Source of the DNA: Candidatus Nitrosopolaris sp.
GTDB lineage: Bacteria; Chloroflexota; Dormibacteria; Dormibacterales; Dormibacteraceae
Assembly: GCA_035636885.1 (NCBI GenBank)
Contig: DASPYG010000019.1
Coordinates: forward strand, 328-64,327
Direction: 5' to 3'
DNA length: 64,000 nucleotides
The stretch's first letter is position 1. The number at the start of each line of letters is the position of its first letter. The notes below the pieces were generated by a model. It searched no databases and was not told the DNA's origin. It was given only the letters and a program-made list of their open reading frames with translations. Below are positions 24,490 to 35,598 of the stretch, piece by piece. The translations under genes were made by a program, and so were the position numbers.

Positions 24490-25668
24490 GTGACCCGGGA
24501 GCAGTCTGGCCTCGAGATCGGGATCGGGCGGCGCGCGCGACGTGCCTACGGTTTCGACGAGGTCGCGCTGGTCCCGGGTGGTGTCACGCTCAACCCCGAC
24601 GAGGTCGACATCTCGTTTTCGATGGGCGACCGGTTTCGGCTGGACATCCCCGTTTGGGGTGCCGCCATGGATGGAGTGGTCGATGTCGATTTCGCGATCG
24701 CGATGGGCAGGCTTGGAGGCATCGCGGTCCTCAACCTCGACGGAGTCCACACCCGCTACGCGGACTCGAAGCCGATCATCGAGCGAATTGCAGCCGCCGA
24801 CAAGGCGAGCGTCAACACGATCCTCAAAGAGATGTACCGCGAGCCGATCAAGCCCCAGCTGATCGCCGAACGCATCAAGGCGATCAAGGCGGCCGGTGTG
24901 TTGTGTGCCGTCTCGACGGTGCCGGCCCGAGCCGAGGAGCGCGCCGAGCTGGTGCAGTCCGCCGGCGCCGATGTCATGGTCGTCCAGGGCACGGTGCTCA
25001 CGGCCCGGCATTCCTCCAAGTCCTATCACCAGCTTGCCTTCGACGCGCTCGTCCGGAGCTGTGACATCCCTGTCGTCGTCGGCAACTGCGTCCACTACGA
25101 GACCGCGCTCGAGCTGATGGAGACCGGGATCGCCGGGATCCTTGTCGGCGTGGGCCCTGGCGCCGCGTGCACGACGCGCGGAGTGCTCGGAGTCGGCGTC
25201 CCGCAGGTCACCGCCACGGCGGACGTGGCTGCGGCCCGTGACGAGCACATGCGGCGGGGCGGCATGCGCGTCGCCGTGATCACAGACGGTGGGATGCGCA
25301 TCGGCGCCGACGTCTGCAAGGCATTCGCATCGGGCGCGGACGCAGTCATGATCGGGACGCCGCTGGCCGCCGCCGAAGAGTCGGCGTCGAAAGGCTACAA
25401 CTGGGGCATGGCGACGCCTGACCCTAACCTCCCGCGCGGCACCCGCGTGCAAGTCGGCACCAAGGCGACGCTGAGGGAGATCCTGCTCGGCCCGGCCCGG
25501 GTCGACGACGGCAGCCAGAACTTTGCAGGCGCGCTGCGGTCTGCCCTTGGTGTGTGCGGCGCCCATGACATCACCGCGTTCCAGCATGTCGAGATGGTCA
25601 TCGCCCCCGCCATCACATCCGAGGGCAAGTCGCTCCAGCAGTCGCAGCACGTCGGCATGGGCAAGTAG
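24490..25668 (+). CDS. GuaB3-type IMP dehydrogenase family protein (no CBS insert)
   Basis: [24 protein letters not shown]..., [35 protein letters not shown] (catalytic Cys loop), ~390 aa. Confidence 0.85.
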   Translation: MTREQSGLEIGIGRRARRAYGFDEVALVPGGVTLNPDEVDISFSMGDRFRLDIPVWGAAMDGVVDVDFAIAMGRLGGIAVLNLDGVHTRYADSKPIIERIAAADKASVNTILKEMYREPIKPQLIAERIKAIKAAGVLCAVSTVPARAEERAELVQSAGADVMVVQGTVLTARHSSKSYHQLAFDALVRSCDIPVVVGNCVHYETALELMETGIAGILVGVGPGAACTTRGVLGVGVPQVTATADVAAARDEHMRRGGMRVAVITDGGMRIGADVCKAFASGADAVMIGTPLAAAEESASKGYNWGMATPDPNLPRGTRVQVGTKATLREILLGPARVDDGSQNFAGALRSALGVCGAHDITAFQHVEMVIAPAITSEGKSLQQSQHVGMGK

Positions 25669-25669
25669 G

Positions 25670-27262
25670 TTGCCCCGGTCTGCCACGGCACCCCGTCACC
25701 GTGAGGAGACCAGGCCCGCAACCGAGCAACAAACGGTCCTCATCCTCGACTTCGGTTCGCAGTTCAGCCAGCTGATCGCGCGGCGCGTGCGCGAGGCGAA
25801 GGTGTACTGCGAGCTCGTGCCGGGCACGACGCCCTGGTCGGAGCTTAAGGAGCGCCAACCCGCGGCGCTCATCCTGAGCGGCGGTCCTGCCAGCGTCTAC
25901 GACCAGGGCGCGCCCCAGGTCGACCCCGAGGCGCTCAAGGCCGGGGTCCCCGTGCTGGGCATCTGCTACGGCATGCAGCTCATCGCGCACCACCTCGGTG
26001 GCAAGGTCGACTCGGGCCGCGCGCACGAGTACGGCCCCGCGCTCGTCGCCGTGCGTGAGAAGGCCGGCCTGTTCGAAGGGCTCAACGGCGAGCTGCCGGT
26101 CTGGATGAGCCATGGCGACGCGGTCACCGAGATGCCGCCCGGCTTCCGCGCGCTTGCCTCGAGCGGCAACTCACCGGTGGCCGCTTTCACCGACGGAAAC
26201 GGGATCTACGGCATCCAGTTCCACCCCGAGGTCGTTCACACGCCAAGCGGGCGTGAGGTGCTGCGCAACTTCCTGTTTCGTGTCTGCGGCTGCGAGCCGT
26301 CCTGGACCGCGGGCTCATTCATCGCCGACGCGATCGAGAGCATTCGCGCCCAGGTGGGCGACGGCCGTGTGATCTGCGCCCTTTCGGGTGGGGTGGATTC
26401 CGCGGTGGCCGCGACCCTGGTCCATCGCGCGGTTGGCGACCAGCTGACGTGCGTGTTCGTCAACAACGGCCTCCTGCGCAAGGAGGAGCCCGAGCGCGTG
26501 CTTGCTGTCATGCGAGGCAACCTCGACATGAACATCCGGTACGTGGATGCCACCGCTCGTTTTCTGGATGCACTGCGCGGCGTGACCGATCCCGAGCAGA
26601 AGCGCCGCATCGTCGGCAACGAGTTCATCTCCGTCTTCGAGGCGGAGGCGTCCAGCCTGGGACACATCGACTTCCTGGCTCAGGGCACTCTCTATCCCGA
26701 TGTGATCGAGTCCACGGCACCGGACGTGTCGGCCACTGCAGTGAAGATCAAGACCCACCACAACGTCGGCGGGCTGCCTCCAGGACTCCGGTTCCAGCTC
26801 ATCGAGCCGCTGCGCTACCTCTTCAAGGACGAGGTTCGCGCTGTCGGAATCGAGCTTGGGATGCCCGAGGAGATGGTCTACCGCCAGCCGTTCCCAGGCC
26901 CCGGGCTGGCGATCCGCTGCCTCGGCGAGGTCACGGCGGAGCGCCTCGAGATCTTGCGCGACGCGGACTGGGTGGTCATCGACGAGATCAAGCATTTCGG
27001 CCTCTATCGCCAGGTCTGGCAATCGTTCGCGGTGTTGACACCGCTCGAGACGGTCGGGGTGATGGGCGACTACCGGACCTACGCGAACGTCGTCGCCGTG
27101 CGGGTGGTCACCAGCGAAGATGCCATGACCGCCGACTGGGCCCGCGTGCCCTACGAGGTGCTCGGGCGCATCAGCAACCGCATCGTCAACGAGGTCAAGG
27201 GCGTCAACCGGGTCGTCTTCGACATCACGTCGAAACCCCCGGGCACCATCGAGTGGGAGTAG
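25670..27262 (+). CDS. guaA: GMP synthase (glutamine-hydrolysing)
   Basis: [39 protein letters not shown]-terminal PPGTIEWE. The only in-frame start after guaB3 is TTG 25670, so the start is uncertain. Confidence 0.93.
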   Translation: MPRSATAPRHREETRPATEQQTVLILDFGSQFSQLIARRVREAKVYCELVPGTTPWSELKERQPAALILSGGPASVYDQGAPQVDPEALKAGVPVLGICYGMQLIAHHLGGKVDSGRAHEYGPALVAVREKAGLFEGLNGELPVWMSHGDAVTEMPPGFRALASSGNSPVAAFTDGNGIYGIQFHPEVVHTPSGREVLRNFLFRVCGCEPSWTAGSFIADAIESIRAQVGDGRVICALSGGVDSAVAATLVHRAVGDQLTCVFVNNGLLRKEEPERVLAVMRGNLDMNIRYVDATARFLDALRGVTDPEQKRRIVGNEFISVFEAEASSLGHIDFLAQGTLYPDVIESTAPDVSATAVKIKTHHNVGGLPPGLRFQLIEPLRYLFKDEVRAVGIELGMPEEMVYRQPFPGPGLAIRCLGEVTAERLEILRDADWVVIDEIKHFGLYRQVWQSFAVLTPLETVGVMGDYRTYANVVAVRVVTSEDAMTADWARVPYEVLGRISNRIVNEVKGVNRVVFDITSKPPGTIEWE

Positions 27263-27759
27263 GGCAGCTCAAGGTCGAGGTCGACCCGTCCTGGCGCCAC
27301 CGGATGATCGCGGGCCTTCTGCGTGGTTACAAGCGAGCCGCTCGATCCGGGGTCCATCCGTACGACAAATGGAAAGGCGCCCACTGGCGGCTCGTGTCAT
27401 TGGTCGAACTTGGCGTCACGCGGACCGACCGCACGGCGCACGCCGCGGCGGAGGACGTGTACCTCTCGAGGAGCTCCGGGCAGCCCATCCACCCGGAGTG
27501 GACTCACATCCATTGGCCGCACTACTGGCACTACGACTTCTTTCATGGCCTTCGAGCGATCGCGATGCTTGGCCGGCTCGCCGATCCGCGTGCATCTCAG
27601 GCGTTGACGCTGCTGCGATCGCTGTGGCGCAGCGATGGCACCTGGCGCACCGCGGGTCGGCGATACTGGCGGCTCCGCGGCGGCTCCACGGTCGAGGTCG
27701 TGGACTGGGGCAATGCTCATGAGATCGTGACCCCAAACGCACTCGCCATGGTCCAATAG
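27253..27759 (+). CDS. Hypothetical protein, possibly an internally shortened relic
   Basis: [18 protein letters not shown]...[28 protein letters not shown]...[24 protein letters not shown] 27253 overlaps the guaA end; ATG 27304 is an alternative start. No firm family call. Confidence 0.45.
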   Translation: MGVGQLKVEVDPSWRHRMIAGLLRGYKRAARSGVHPYDKWKGAHWRLVSLVELGVTRTDRTAHAAAEDVYLSRSSGQPIHPEWTHIHWPHYWHYDFFHGLRAIAMLGRLADPRASQALTLLRSLWRSDGTWRTAGRRYWRLRGGSTVEVVDWGNAHEIVTPNALAMVQ

Positions 27760-27765
27760 CGCCCG

Positions 27766-27861
27766 GTGTTCTGGCCCGGGGATAAGCTCGACAAGGCAAG
27801 CTTCGGCGTAGCCCGGCCGCCAGAGCCGATGGGTTGGCGAGCGGCTCCCGGGCCAGAACAC
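27766..27861 (+). promoter_or_regulatory. Perfect 15-bp inverted repeat bracketing the purD leader
   Basis: GTGTTCTGGCCCGGG (27766-27780) is the exact reverse complement of CCCGGGCCAGAACAC (27847-27861). The 3' arm ends 2 nt before the purD ATG (27864). Confidence 0.5.
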
Positions 27862-27863
27862 AT

Positions 27864-29135
27864 ATGAAAGTGTTGGTGGTGGGGTCGGGGGCTCGCGAGC
27901 ATGCGCTCGTGTGGAAATGCGTGCAGTCGGACCTCGTCGAGCGCGTGTACTGCGCGCCCGGCAACGGAGGCACCGGCGGCATGGCCCGCAACGTCCCCAT
28001 CGGCGCCGCGGACGTAGTGCGGATCGTCGACTTCGCCAAGCGGGAGCGTCTCGGCCTGGTCGTCCTGGGGCCGGAAGCTGCCGTCGACGCGGGGGTCGGC
28101 GATGCGCTCCGGGCTGCCGGGTTCAACGTGTTCGGACCCAACCGCGGAGCGGGCAGGATCGAATCGAGCAAGTCCTTTGCGAAACAGCTGATGGTGCGCG
28201 CCAGCATCCCCACCGCGGACTTTGCCGTGTTCACGCAGCCGGAGCCCGCCCGAGGGTGGGCGCGCGAGCGCAACGGACGCGTGGCGGTCAAGGCAGACGG
28301 GCTCGCGCGTGGCAAAGGCGTGGTCGTCTGCGCGAGCGTGGCGGAAGCGAGCTCGGCCATCGACGCCATGCTCGTGCAGGGTCGCTTCGGGAAGAGCGGT
28401 GCCACCATCGTGCTGGAGGAGAGGCTCGAGGGCCCGGAGCTGTCAGTGCTCGGAGTCACAGACGGGACCGACGTTATCGCCCTCGCCCCCGCGCGGGATT
28501 TCAAGCGCGCGCATGATGGGGACCAGGGTCCCAACACCGGAGGCATGGGCGCGTATTCACCGCCGGCAGGCGTAGATGGAAAGGTGCTCAGCGAGGTCCT
28601 GGAAAAGGTGCTCAAGCCCGCGGTGCGCGAGCTGGCTGATTCGGGTGACGAGTTTCGAGGCGTGCTCTACGCGGGTCTGATGCTCACGCCGGCCGGCATC
28701 CGCACGCTCGAGTTCAACGCCCGCTTCGGGGACCCTGAGGCGCAGGTCGTGCTCCCCCGCCTGGATTCGGATTTCGTCACACTCGCCCTGGCGGCGGCGA
28801 AAGGGACGTTGGCGAGCCTCCCCGAACCGACCTGGAACCCTAAAGCGGCGGTCGGGGTGGTGGTCGCGTCCGCCAACTACCCGGATGACGCGCTGGTCAA
28901 GAGCGGGTTGCCGATTCACGGCCTCGCCGAGATGCCGCGGGGCGTGCAGATCTTTCACGCCGGGACGCGATTCGAGCCGGGCCGCGGACTGGTCACGGAT
29001 GGCGGCCGGGTGGTGACGTCGGTGGCGCTTGGCGATACGGTGGCCGAAGCCCGCGAGAAGGCGCTCGCCGGCGCCCGGCAGGTACGATTCCAGGGGGCTT
29101 TCTTCCGAACCGATATAGCTGAGGAGGCGGTTTAG
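27864..29135 (+). CDS. purD: Phosphoribosylamine--glycine ligase
   Basis: [18 protein letters not shown]..., ATP-grasp core. I used the internal ATG of the track ORF. Confidence 0.93.
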   Translation: MKVLVVGSGAREHALVWKCVQSDLVERVYCAPGNGGTGGMARNVPIGAADVVRIVDFAKRERLGLVVLGPEAAVDAGVGDALRAAGFNVFGPNRGAGRIESSKSFAKQLMVRASIPTADFAVFTQPEPARGWARERNGRVAVKADGLARGKGVVVCASVAEASSAIDAMLVQGRFGKSGATIVLEERLEGPELSVLGVTDGTDVIALAPARDFKRAHDGDQGPNTGGMGAYSPPAGVDGKVLSEVLEKVLKPAVRELADSGDEFRGVLYAGLMLTPAGIRTLEFNARFGDPEAQVVLPRLDSDFVTLALAAAKGTLASLPEPTWNPKAAVGVVVASANYPDDALVKSGLPIHGLAEMPRGVQIFHAGTRFEPGRGLVTDGGRVVTSVALGDTVAEAREKALAGARQVRFQGAFFRTDIAEEAV

Positions 29136-29593
29136 TGCAGCCTGTGGTCGGCATCATCCTCGGCTCCAAGTCGGACCTGCCGCTGATGGAGTCGTGCGTC
29201 AAAGTTCTCGACGAGCTGGAATTGACGCACGAGCTGAAGGTCTGCTCCGCGCACCGGAACCCCAAGGGCGTCATGGAGTGGGCGACGTCAGCGCGGGATC
29301 GCGGGCTCAAGGTCGTCATCGCGGCAGCCGGCGGAGCCGCGCATCTTCCCGGGGTGGTCGCCGCCTGGACCGACCTTCCGGTGATCGGGGTCCCGGTGCC
29401 CACGCAGCATCTCGGCGGCGTCGATTCCCTGTATTCGATCGTGCAGATGCCGGCAGGAATCCCTGTTGCCACGGTCGCGATCGGTGAGGCGGGCGCCAAG
29501 AACGCCGCCTGGCTCGCCGCTCGCATCATCGGGATCACCGACGCCGGCGTCGCGCAGCACCATCACGAAAAGCGGGCAGCCCTCGCAACTTGA
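29135..29593 (+). CDS. purE: N5-carboxyaminoimidazole ribonucleotide mutase
   Basis: [17 protein letters not shown]...VCSAHRNP...[17 protein letters not shown] overlaps the purD stop. Confidence 0.9.
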   Translation: MQPVVGIILGSKSDLPLMESCVKVLDELELTHELKVCSAHRNPKGVMEWATSARDRGLKVVIAAAGGAAHLPGVVAAWTDLPVIGVPVPTQHLGGVDSLYSIVQMPAGIPVATVAIGEAGAKNAAWLAARIIGITDAGVAQHHHEKRAALAT

Positions 29594-31401
29594 TGGCAAA
29601 GAAGGTCGCTCGCGTCCACCTGCTCGACACCACATTTCGTGACGCGCAACAGTCGCTGCTGGGCGGCCACTTGCGCGGGGACGAGATCGTGCCCGTCGCG
29701 GCCAAGATGGACCGCCTCGGCTTCGTCGCCATGGAAGCCTTCGGTGGCGCGACCTTCGAAACGCAGGTGCGGCGCCGCGAAGATCCATGGGCGTACTTGC
29801 GGAAGCTGCACAAGGCCACACCGAGCACCCCGATCCAGGCGCTGATCCGCGGTCAGAACCTGGTCGCGAATCGCAACTTCGCCGACGACGTCGTCGAGCT
29901 CTTCATCAAGCACTCGGCCAGGCAGGGCATCGATGTGTTCCGTGTCTTCGACCCCCTCAACGACCTTCGCAACATGGAAGCCGCGATCGGCGCGGCGCTG
30001 AAGGCCAAGAAGAAGGTGCAGGGCGCTCTGTGCTACGCGGTCTCGCCTGCGCACAGCATCGAGCTGTGGTGCTCGCTCGCGAAGGGACTGGTCGACATGG
30101 GCTGCCACGAGGTCGTGATCAAGGACACGTCAGGGCTGCTGAGCCCGCAGGCGACGTGGGAGCTCGTCACCGCGCTCAAGCAGGTTGTGACCGTGCCCAT
30201 CGACGTTCACTCACACTGCTCGAGCGGCATGGCCCCGATGGCCTACATGGCCGCCGTCGAAGCCGGCGCCGACATTCTCGATGTGGCAATGTCACCTCTG
30301 GCGTGGGGGGCGTCGCAGCCGGCGGCAGAGAGCGTCGTCGCGGCGCTGGAGGGCGGGGAATATGACACCGCGCTGAACCTGGATGCGATGTGGGACGTCC
30401 AGGGGGACGTCGAGGCGTTGAAGCGCGAGCACATCGAAGATCTCAGCCCGGTGGCCGATCGCGTCGACGCCAGCATTCTCCGCTACCACATGCCCGGCGC
30501 CACGCTCGAAGACATCCATCGCCAGCTGGACGCGCACGGCGCCGAAGCGCGCACGGACGAGGTGCTCGAGGAGGTCAGTCGCGTGCGGCGTGAGCTGGGT
30601 TACCCGCCCCTCGTCGCGCCGCTGCGGCAGATGATCGCCACCCAGGCCGTCTACAACATCATCGGGGGCGAGCGCTACGCGACGGTGACCCAGGAGCTGA
30701 AGGATTACCTGCAGGGACTTTACGGCCGTCCACCGGTACCGGCCGACCACGAGCTGCGGCGGCTCGTCCTCGGGCGCGAAGAGCCGATCACCATCCGGCC
30801 GGCGGATCTCCTCGAGCCGCAGGTCGAGATGGCGCGCCAGCAGCTTAGAAAGATGAATCTCGATACGAGCGACGATTCCGTGCTCATCCAGCTGCTGTTC
30901 CCGAACCTCGCCAACGATTACCTGCGCGAACCTGCTCCGCCGCCCGACCCGAAGAAGCGACTTGCGGCCGTGACCACGGCCGACCCGCCGCCGGCGCCCA
31001 ACCCGGCTCCCGCTCCCGCCCATACCAACCCCGGCCCACCACCGGCATCCAGCACCGCGGAGTTCGAGGTCGAGGTGGAAGGCGAGGTGTTCAAGGTCCG
31101 CGTCACCGGCGCGGGCATGACGGTCGTGCCAGGCGCGAGCGCGGCCACCGCGGCAACATCCCCAATCCCGGCGTCGCCCAGGTCGGGCGAGGGAACGGTG
31201 ATCGCGCCGATGCAGGGGCTCATCGTGAAGATTCCCGTCAAGCCCGGCGACGCGGTCAAGCTCGGCGACGTCGTCGCCGTGCTCGAGGCGATGAAGATGC
31301 AGAACGACATCGTCACGACGGTCGCGGGCACGGTGCGCGACGTCTATGTCAAGGAGGGCGAGGTCGTCAGCCCTTCGCAGCCCTTGCTCGCGGTGGGATG
31401 A
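29593..31401 (+). CDS. pycB: Pyruvate carboxylase subunit B-type protein (carboxyltransferase plus C-terminal biotinyl domain)
   Basis: LLDTTFRDAQQSLL (HMGL-like/5S carboxyltransferase), a Pro/Ala-rich linker, and biotin motif LEAMKMQNDI. An oxaloacetate-decarboxylase-alpha or 2-oxoglutarate-carboxylase assignment cannot be excluded. Confidence 0.8.
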   Translation: MAKKVARVHLLDTTFRDAQQSLLGGHLRGDEIVPVAAKMDRLGFVAMEAFGGATFETQVRRREDPWAYLRKLHKATPSTPIQALIRGQNLVANRNFADDVVELFIKHSARQGIDVFRVFDPLNDLRNMEAAIGAALKAKKKVQGALCYAVSPAHSIELWCSLAKGLVDMGCHEVVIKDTSGLLSPQATWELVTALKQVVTVPIDVHSHCSSGMAPMAYMAAVEAGADILDVAMSPLAWGASQPAAESVVAALEGGEYDTALNLDAMWDVQGDVEALKREHIEDLSPVADRVDASILRYHMPGATLEDIHRQLDAHGAEARTDEVLEEVSRVRRELGYPPLVAPLRQMIATQAVYNIIGGERYATVTQELKDYLQGLYGRPPVPADHELRRLVLGREEPITIRPADLLEPQVEMARQQLRKMNLDTSDDSVLIQLLFPNLANDYLREPAPPPDPKKRLAAVTTADPPPAPNPAPAPAHTNPGPPPASSTAEFEVEVEGEVFKVRVTGAGMTVVPGASAATAATSPIPASPRSGEGTVIAPMQGLIVKIPVKPGDAVKLGDVVAVLEAMKMQNDIVTTVAGTVRDVYVKEGEVVSPSQPLLAVG

Positions 31402-32861
31402 AGCACAAGCTCTTTAAGAAAGTACTGATCGCCAATCGTGGCGAGATCGCGATTCGCGTCATGCGCGCGTGCCGCGAGCTCGGCATCGCGACCGCGGCCG
31501 TCTACTCGGACGCGGACAGAGACGCGATTCACGTGCGCTACGCCGATGAGGCGCACCACGTCGGAGGGGCGCCGCCTTCCGAGTCCTACCTGCAGCTCGA
31601 GCGCATCGTGAAGGTTGCCCACGACTGTGGCGCGGAGGCGATCCATCCCGGATACGGATTCCTCTCGGAGAAGGCCGCGTTTCCTGACGCCTGCGAAGCA
31701 GCCGGCATCAAGTTCATCGGACCGCCCGCTTCCGCGATGCGTGCTCTTGGCTCCAAGCTCGCGGCGCGCAAGCTCGCGGTCGAGAACGGCGTCCCCGTCA
31801 CGCCGGGAAGCGGCGCCATTTCGGACCCGGCTGCCGCCGTGGCGGCAGCCAGGGAGATCGGGCTGCCGGTCCTCGTGAAGCCATCTGGCGGCGGGGGCGG
31901 CATCGGCATGAAGGTTGTCGAGACGGAGGATGACCTGGTGTCCGCCATCGAGAGCAGCTCACAGGCGGCGCGCTCAGCCTTCGGCGATCCCACGATTTAC
32001 ATCGAGCGCTACGTGCGCAAGCCGCGGCACATCGAGATCCAGGTCATCTGCGACAGCCACGGCAACGCCGTACATCTCGGCGAGCGTGAGTGCTCGATCC
32101 AGCGCCGCCACCAGAAGATCATGGAAGAGACTCCATCGCCCGCGGTCACGCCGGAGATCCGCTCCGCGATGGGCGAGGCCGCGTTGAAGGCGGCGCGGGC
32201 CGCGGGCTACGTGAACGCCGGCACGGTCGAGTTCATCTTCAGCGAGGGCGACTTCTACTTCCTCGAGGTCAATGCAAGGCTGCAGGTGGAGCACCCGATC
32301 ACCGAGGCGGTCACCGGCATCGACCTGGTCAAGGAGCAGATCAAAGTCGCCGCGGGGTTGCCCTTGGGCTTCACTCAGCAGGAGGTCACGTGGACCGGTC
32401 ACGCGATCGAGATGCGGATCAACGCCGAGGATCCGCTGCGCAAGTTCTTGCCCAACCCAAAGCGCATTTCCCGCTGGGTCGCTCCCGCTGGACCAGGGGT
32501 TCGCGTCGACTCGGGCTTCGGCCCGAGCTCCGACGTGCCGCCCAACTACGACTCCCTCGTGGCCAAGCTCATCGTGCACGGCGCCGATCGCGCGGAGGCC
32601 ATCGCACGCGCAGCCCGCGCTTTGCGCGAGTTCGTCGTCGTCGGGCCCGCGACCACGATCAGCTACCACCGCGCCATCCTCGACAGTGCGGACTTCCGCT
32701 CGGGCAACCTGAGCACCCGCTTCATCGACGATCACCCGGAGCTGGTCGACAAGGCGAAGCAACTCGCCGGCGAGGTATCGCCATTCGACTACGGCCCCGA
32801 CCCTCGCCACGTCGCCGCCGCGGCTGCCGCGGTGGCGGCCATCGTCCACAGAACAAGCTGA
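31398..32861 (+). CDS. pycA: Biotin carboxylase (pyruvate carboxylase subunit A-type)
   Basis: KKVLIANRGEIAIRVMRACRELGI, ATP-grasp, EMRINAEDP. The start overlaps the pycB stop (ATGA). No BCCP domain. Confidence 0.88.
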   Translation: MKHKLFKKVLIANRGEIAIRVMRACRELGIATAAVYSDADRDAIHVRYADEAHHVGGAPPSESYLQLERIVKVAHDCGAEAIHPGYGFLSEKAAFPDACEAAGIKFIGPPASAMRALGSKLAARKLAVENGVPVTPGSGAISDPAAAVAAAREIGLPVLVKPSGGGGGIGMKVVETEDDLVSAIESSSQAARSAFGDPTIYIERYVRKPRHIEIQVICDSHGNAVHLGERECSIQRRHQKIMEETPSPAVTPEIRSAMGEAALKAARAAGYVNAGTVEFIFSEGDFYFLEVNARLQVEHPITEAVTGIDLVKEQIKVAAGLPLGFTQQEVTWTGHAIEMRINAEDPLRKFLPNPKRISRWVAPAGPGVRVDSGFGPSSDVPPNYDSLVAKLIVHGADRAEAIARAARALREFVVVGPATTISYHRAILDSADFRSGNLSTRFIDDHPELVDKAKQLAGEVSPFDYGPDPRHVAAAAAAVAAIVHRTS

Positions 32862-32869
32862 GCAAGCTC

Positions 32870-33421
32870 TTGCATCCGGCGCGGGGGCGGCCGTTCGAGG
32901 TCGTGAGCTCCAGCGTCGCCGGTCGCTCCGGCCCCTTCGTCATCCGGAACGACGTGATCAAGTTTCCCGATGGCGCCGAAGCCGTCTACACCGTGGTGAC
33001 CAACCCCGACTCGGCCTTTGTCGTCCCCTACTTCGACAACGGCGACACCATGCTGGTCAGGCAGTGGCGCCATGCCTGGGAGGAGTCCTCGTGGGAGGTG
33101 CCGGCGGGAACCTTCGACGAGGGAGAGGACGGGATGACCTGTGCGCAGCGCGAGCTGGCGGAGGAGACGGGGCTCATCGCGACGCGGTACACATCGCTCG
33201 GGGTGGTGCACGGCGCCGCCTTCCTCACCGGGCGCGCGCACATGTTCATGGCGGAAGGCATCACCACCTCAGAGCGCAAGCCGGAAACCTATGAGCAGGA
33301 CATGGAGGTCTTGCGGCTGCCGTTCGTCGAGGCTCTGCAGGCCGCGCTCGACGGCGACATCGCCCATTCCGGTTCGGTCACCTGCCTCGTGCGCGCCGCC
33401 CGCGCGCTGAAGCTCGTCTAG
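32870..33421 (+). CDS. NUDIX hydrolase (ADP-ribose pyrophosphatase-like)
   Basis: Nudix box GTFDEGEDGMTCAQRELAEETGL. The start is uncertain (TTG 32870 or GTG 32903). Confidence 0.8.
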   Translation: MHPARGRPFEVVSSSVAGRSGPFVIRNDVIKFPDGAEAVYTVVTNPDSAFVVPYFDNGDTMLVRQWRHAWEESSWEVPAGTFDEGEDGMTCAQRELAEETGLIATRYTSLGVVHGAAFLTGRAHMFMAEGITTSERKPETYEQDMEVLRLPFVEALQAALDGDIAHSGSVTCLVRAARALKLV

Positions 33422-35598
33422 CTGGAAGGGGAGGCGCTGGGCGAAGGCTGCGGGCTCGGAGATGGGCTGGTGTTCCGGTGCCTGTCGCCGTGCGTATCAG
33501 AGGGACCCGAGAAGGCGAGGTCGTACTCCGCGGCGATGTTGTTGCCGCTCACGTCCTGAACCGTCGAGAGCACCACGAGCTTGTAGCCCTTGCCGGCCTT
33601 GAGGTCGAGGCCGTCGATGGTCACGGTGCGCTTCGAGTAAACAGGCGCGTTGCCGATCTGCTTGCCCTTGCTGTCGAGGATGATCACGCCCGCCGTCACC
33701 GTCTCCGGCTTTAGGTCGCTGTCGAACGTGACCTTCACCGAGGTCGCGGTGAAGTCGACGCTGACCACCTCGGCAGTCGTGCCGAGCGACAGCACGGGCC
33801 CGGCAGTCGCCTGGTCGACCAGGAACTGCTGGCTTCCCTGTGTGCGCACCAGTGTCAGCGTCTCCTCGAAGGTCTTGACATCGATGTTGTTGTGTTCGAG
33901 GACGATCCTGACCACGAACTGGGCTGTGTCTGGATGGCTCCCGGTGATCTCTCCGGTGAGCAGGTAGTAGCGCGAGAAGCTGGGGTCGCCCGTGACCTGC
34001 AGGTTCAAGCCGCTGGTTGCGCTCGAGTATGCCTTTCGGCCGTTGTCGTCGAGGTACGCGTTCGCCCTGTCAGGGTTGTCCTTGCGAGCCTTCATGAATG
34101 TGTTCACCACTGAGCTGGCCGCGTCCAGCGGGGAGGTCAGAGGAGGCGCCGGCGCCGGAGCGGAGGCGGTGAACAGCTCGCCGCCGCGGAAGTATGTGAA
34201 CGCGACTCCGTTCGGCGCCCACTCCGGGAGGTGGTAAGTCCCCTCCGCGAGCTTGGTCTGGCCCGACGCGTCGGGGCGCATCTCGAAGAGGTTGACGTCG
34301 CTGCCCAGCAGCACCTCGTCCTGGGTGGACCAGCTCGGCTCGCCGGCCGGCAACGACGTGGTGTTCCTGCCGCCGAGGTCTGCCAGCACTACGCCCTGCG
34401 CGCTCGAGTACATGATCCCGGTGCCGTCGGGCGACCAGCCCAGGAAGCGGGCGCCTGACAGGCCGAGCACGATGGTCTTGCCGGTGCCGAGGTCGAGCAC
34501 ATCGAGCGACTGGTCCTGCGTGTAAGCCAGGTGGGCGCCGTCGGGAGCGAACGAGATGGCGGTGACGGTGCCTGTCGCCGGCAGCGGCGCGATCTTGCCC
34601 TGGCCGCCGGGACCGATGGCATACACGCCGTCGGCGGTCGTCCATTCCACGCCGCCGGTCGTCCAGCCGACGAGGACTGGCGCAGAGGTCGGGACGACCT
34701 CGATCGTGGTCCCCGCGGTGATGGCGAGGATCACGATGTTGCCCTTGCGGATGTATGCAAGCTGATCGCCGGCCGCGTCGATGGCGAGGGAGCTGACCCC
34801 GTCGGCGGCGAGGATCGTGGCGCTGCCGCCCCCCTGGGGCACCGACTCGAGCGCGCCCTTGCCGGTGATGTAGTAGACGGTCGAGGAGTCGGGCGACCAC
34901 AGCACGGCGGTGATGCCGTCGGGGATGCTCGCGAGCAGGTGCTGGTTGGTGAGCACTCCACGCGGGGTCGGGCTCGCGATGGGGGTGGGCGACGGTGACG
35001 GCGACGGCGGCGGCTGGGTCACGAACGTGATGGTCTTCGGCGCTGTCAGCGACTGTCCCGCTGCGGTCTTGGCGCCCGGACCGATCGTCACCTGGTACTG
35101 GGTGTTCGGCGCCAGGTTGCCGGCGGTCGGGGTCACGGACAAAGTGTTCTCGTGCCACGAGAAAGCCACCGTGGTGGCGGGCGCGATCTGGACGGCGGCC
35201 TCGGTCGATGGATGGTCCATCGGCTGGTTGAACGTGACCTGGATCGGCTGCTGCAGGCGGACCGCACTCTGGTTGGAGATGGGGCTCGTGACCACGACCT
35301 GATCTGAGCTGCCGGGCTGGTTGATGTTCGTCAGCACGACCACGACTCCGATCAGGATCACGCCCACCGTGGCCGTAGCCCAGACCATGCCGGTCGGCCC
35401 AAACACCTTGCGCCACCAGGGCACGCCGCCCCCGCTCATGCCCCATGCCTGGTTCATGAGCTGGCGGCGCAGCGCGGACCGGAACGCGTCGTCCAGCGGG
35501 GGCTCGGTCATGCGCGCCTCGCGCAGGAGTGCGGCCACGCGCCTGAGCTCCTGGTCCTGCAGGACGTCGTCGAGGTCAGGGTCGTGCTGCATGCTCAT
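33418..35598 (-). CDS. Large single-pass anti-sigma-factor-like protein with Ig-like (Big_5/SbsA-type) and beta-propeller (PD40/TolB-like) domains
   Basis: The start overlaps the ECF sigma stop (ATGA). TM helix MVWATATVGVILIGVVVVL. Big_5-like IQVTFNQPMDHPS...NTQYQVTIGPGAKTAAGQSL. Repeated SPDG/APDG blades. A second Ig-like domain lies at the C-terminus. Confidence 0.7.
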   Translation of the reverse strand: MSMQHDPDLDDVLQDQELRRVAALLREARMTEPPLDDAFRSALRRQLMNQAWGMSGGGVPWWRKVFGPTGMVWATATVGVILIGVVVVLTNINQPGSSDQVVVTSPISNQSAVRLQQPIQVTFNQPMDHPSTEAAVQIAPATTVAFSWHENTLSVTPTAGNLAPNTQYQVTIGPGAKTAAGQSLTAPKTITFVTQPPPSPSPSPTPIASPTPRGVLTNQHLLASIPDGITAVLWSPDSSTVYYITGKGALESVPQGGGSATILAADGVSSLAIDAAGDQLAYIRKGNIVILAITAGTTIEVVPTSAPVLVGWTTGGVEWTTADGVYAIGPGGQGKIAPLPATGTVTAISFAPDGAHLAYTQDQSLDVLDLGTGKTIVLGLSGARFLGWSPDGTGIMYSSAQGVVLADLGGRNTTSLPAGEPSWSTQDEVLLGSDVNLFEMRPDASGQTKLAEGTYHLPEWAPNGVAFTYFRGGELFTASAPAPAPPLTSPLDAASSVVNTFMKARKDNPDRANAYLDDNGRKAYSSATSGLNLQVTGDPSFSRYYLLTGEITGSHPDTAQFVVRIVLEHNNIDVKTFEETLTLVRTQGSQQFLVDQATAGPVLSLGTTAEVVSVDFTATSVKVTFDSDLKPETVTAGVIILDSKGKQIGNAPVYSKRTVTIDGLDLKAGKGYKLVVLSTVQDVSGNNIAAEYDLAFSGPSDTHGDRHRNTSPSPSPQPSPSASPSS

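Noticed and set aside
24253-25686. N-terminal ~480 aa of the 618-aa minus-strand ORF 23830-25686
   Set aside because: This part is antisense to guaB3 and runs through the tandem repeat. Only the last 140 codons look like a real protein.
27760-27863. ZTP (pfl) or purine riboswitch upstream of purD
   Set aside because: I could not find the conserved ZTP elements (GGGUCGUGAC...CCGCCUGGGC-type pseudoknot) or the purine-riboswitch three-way junction. Only the long palindrome is evident.
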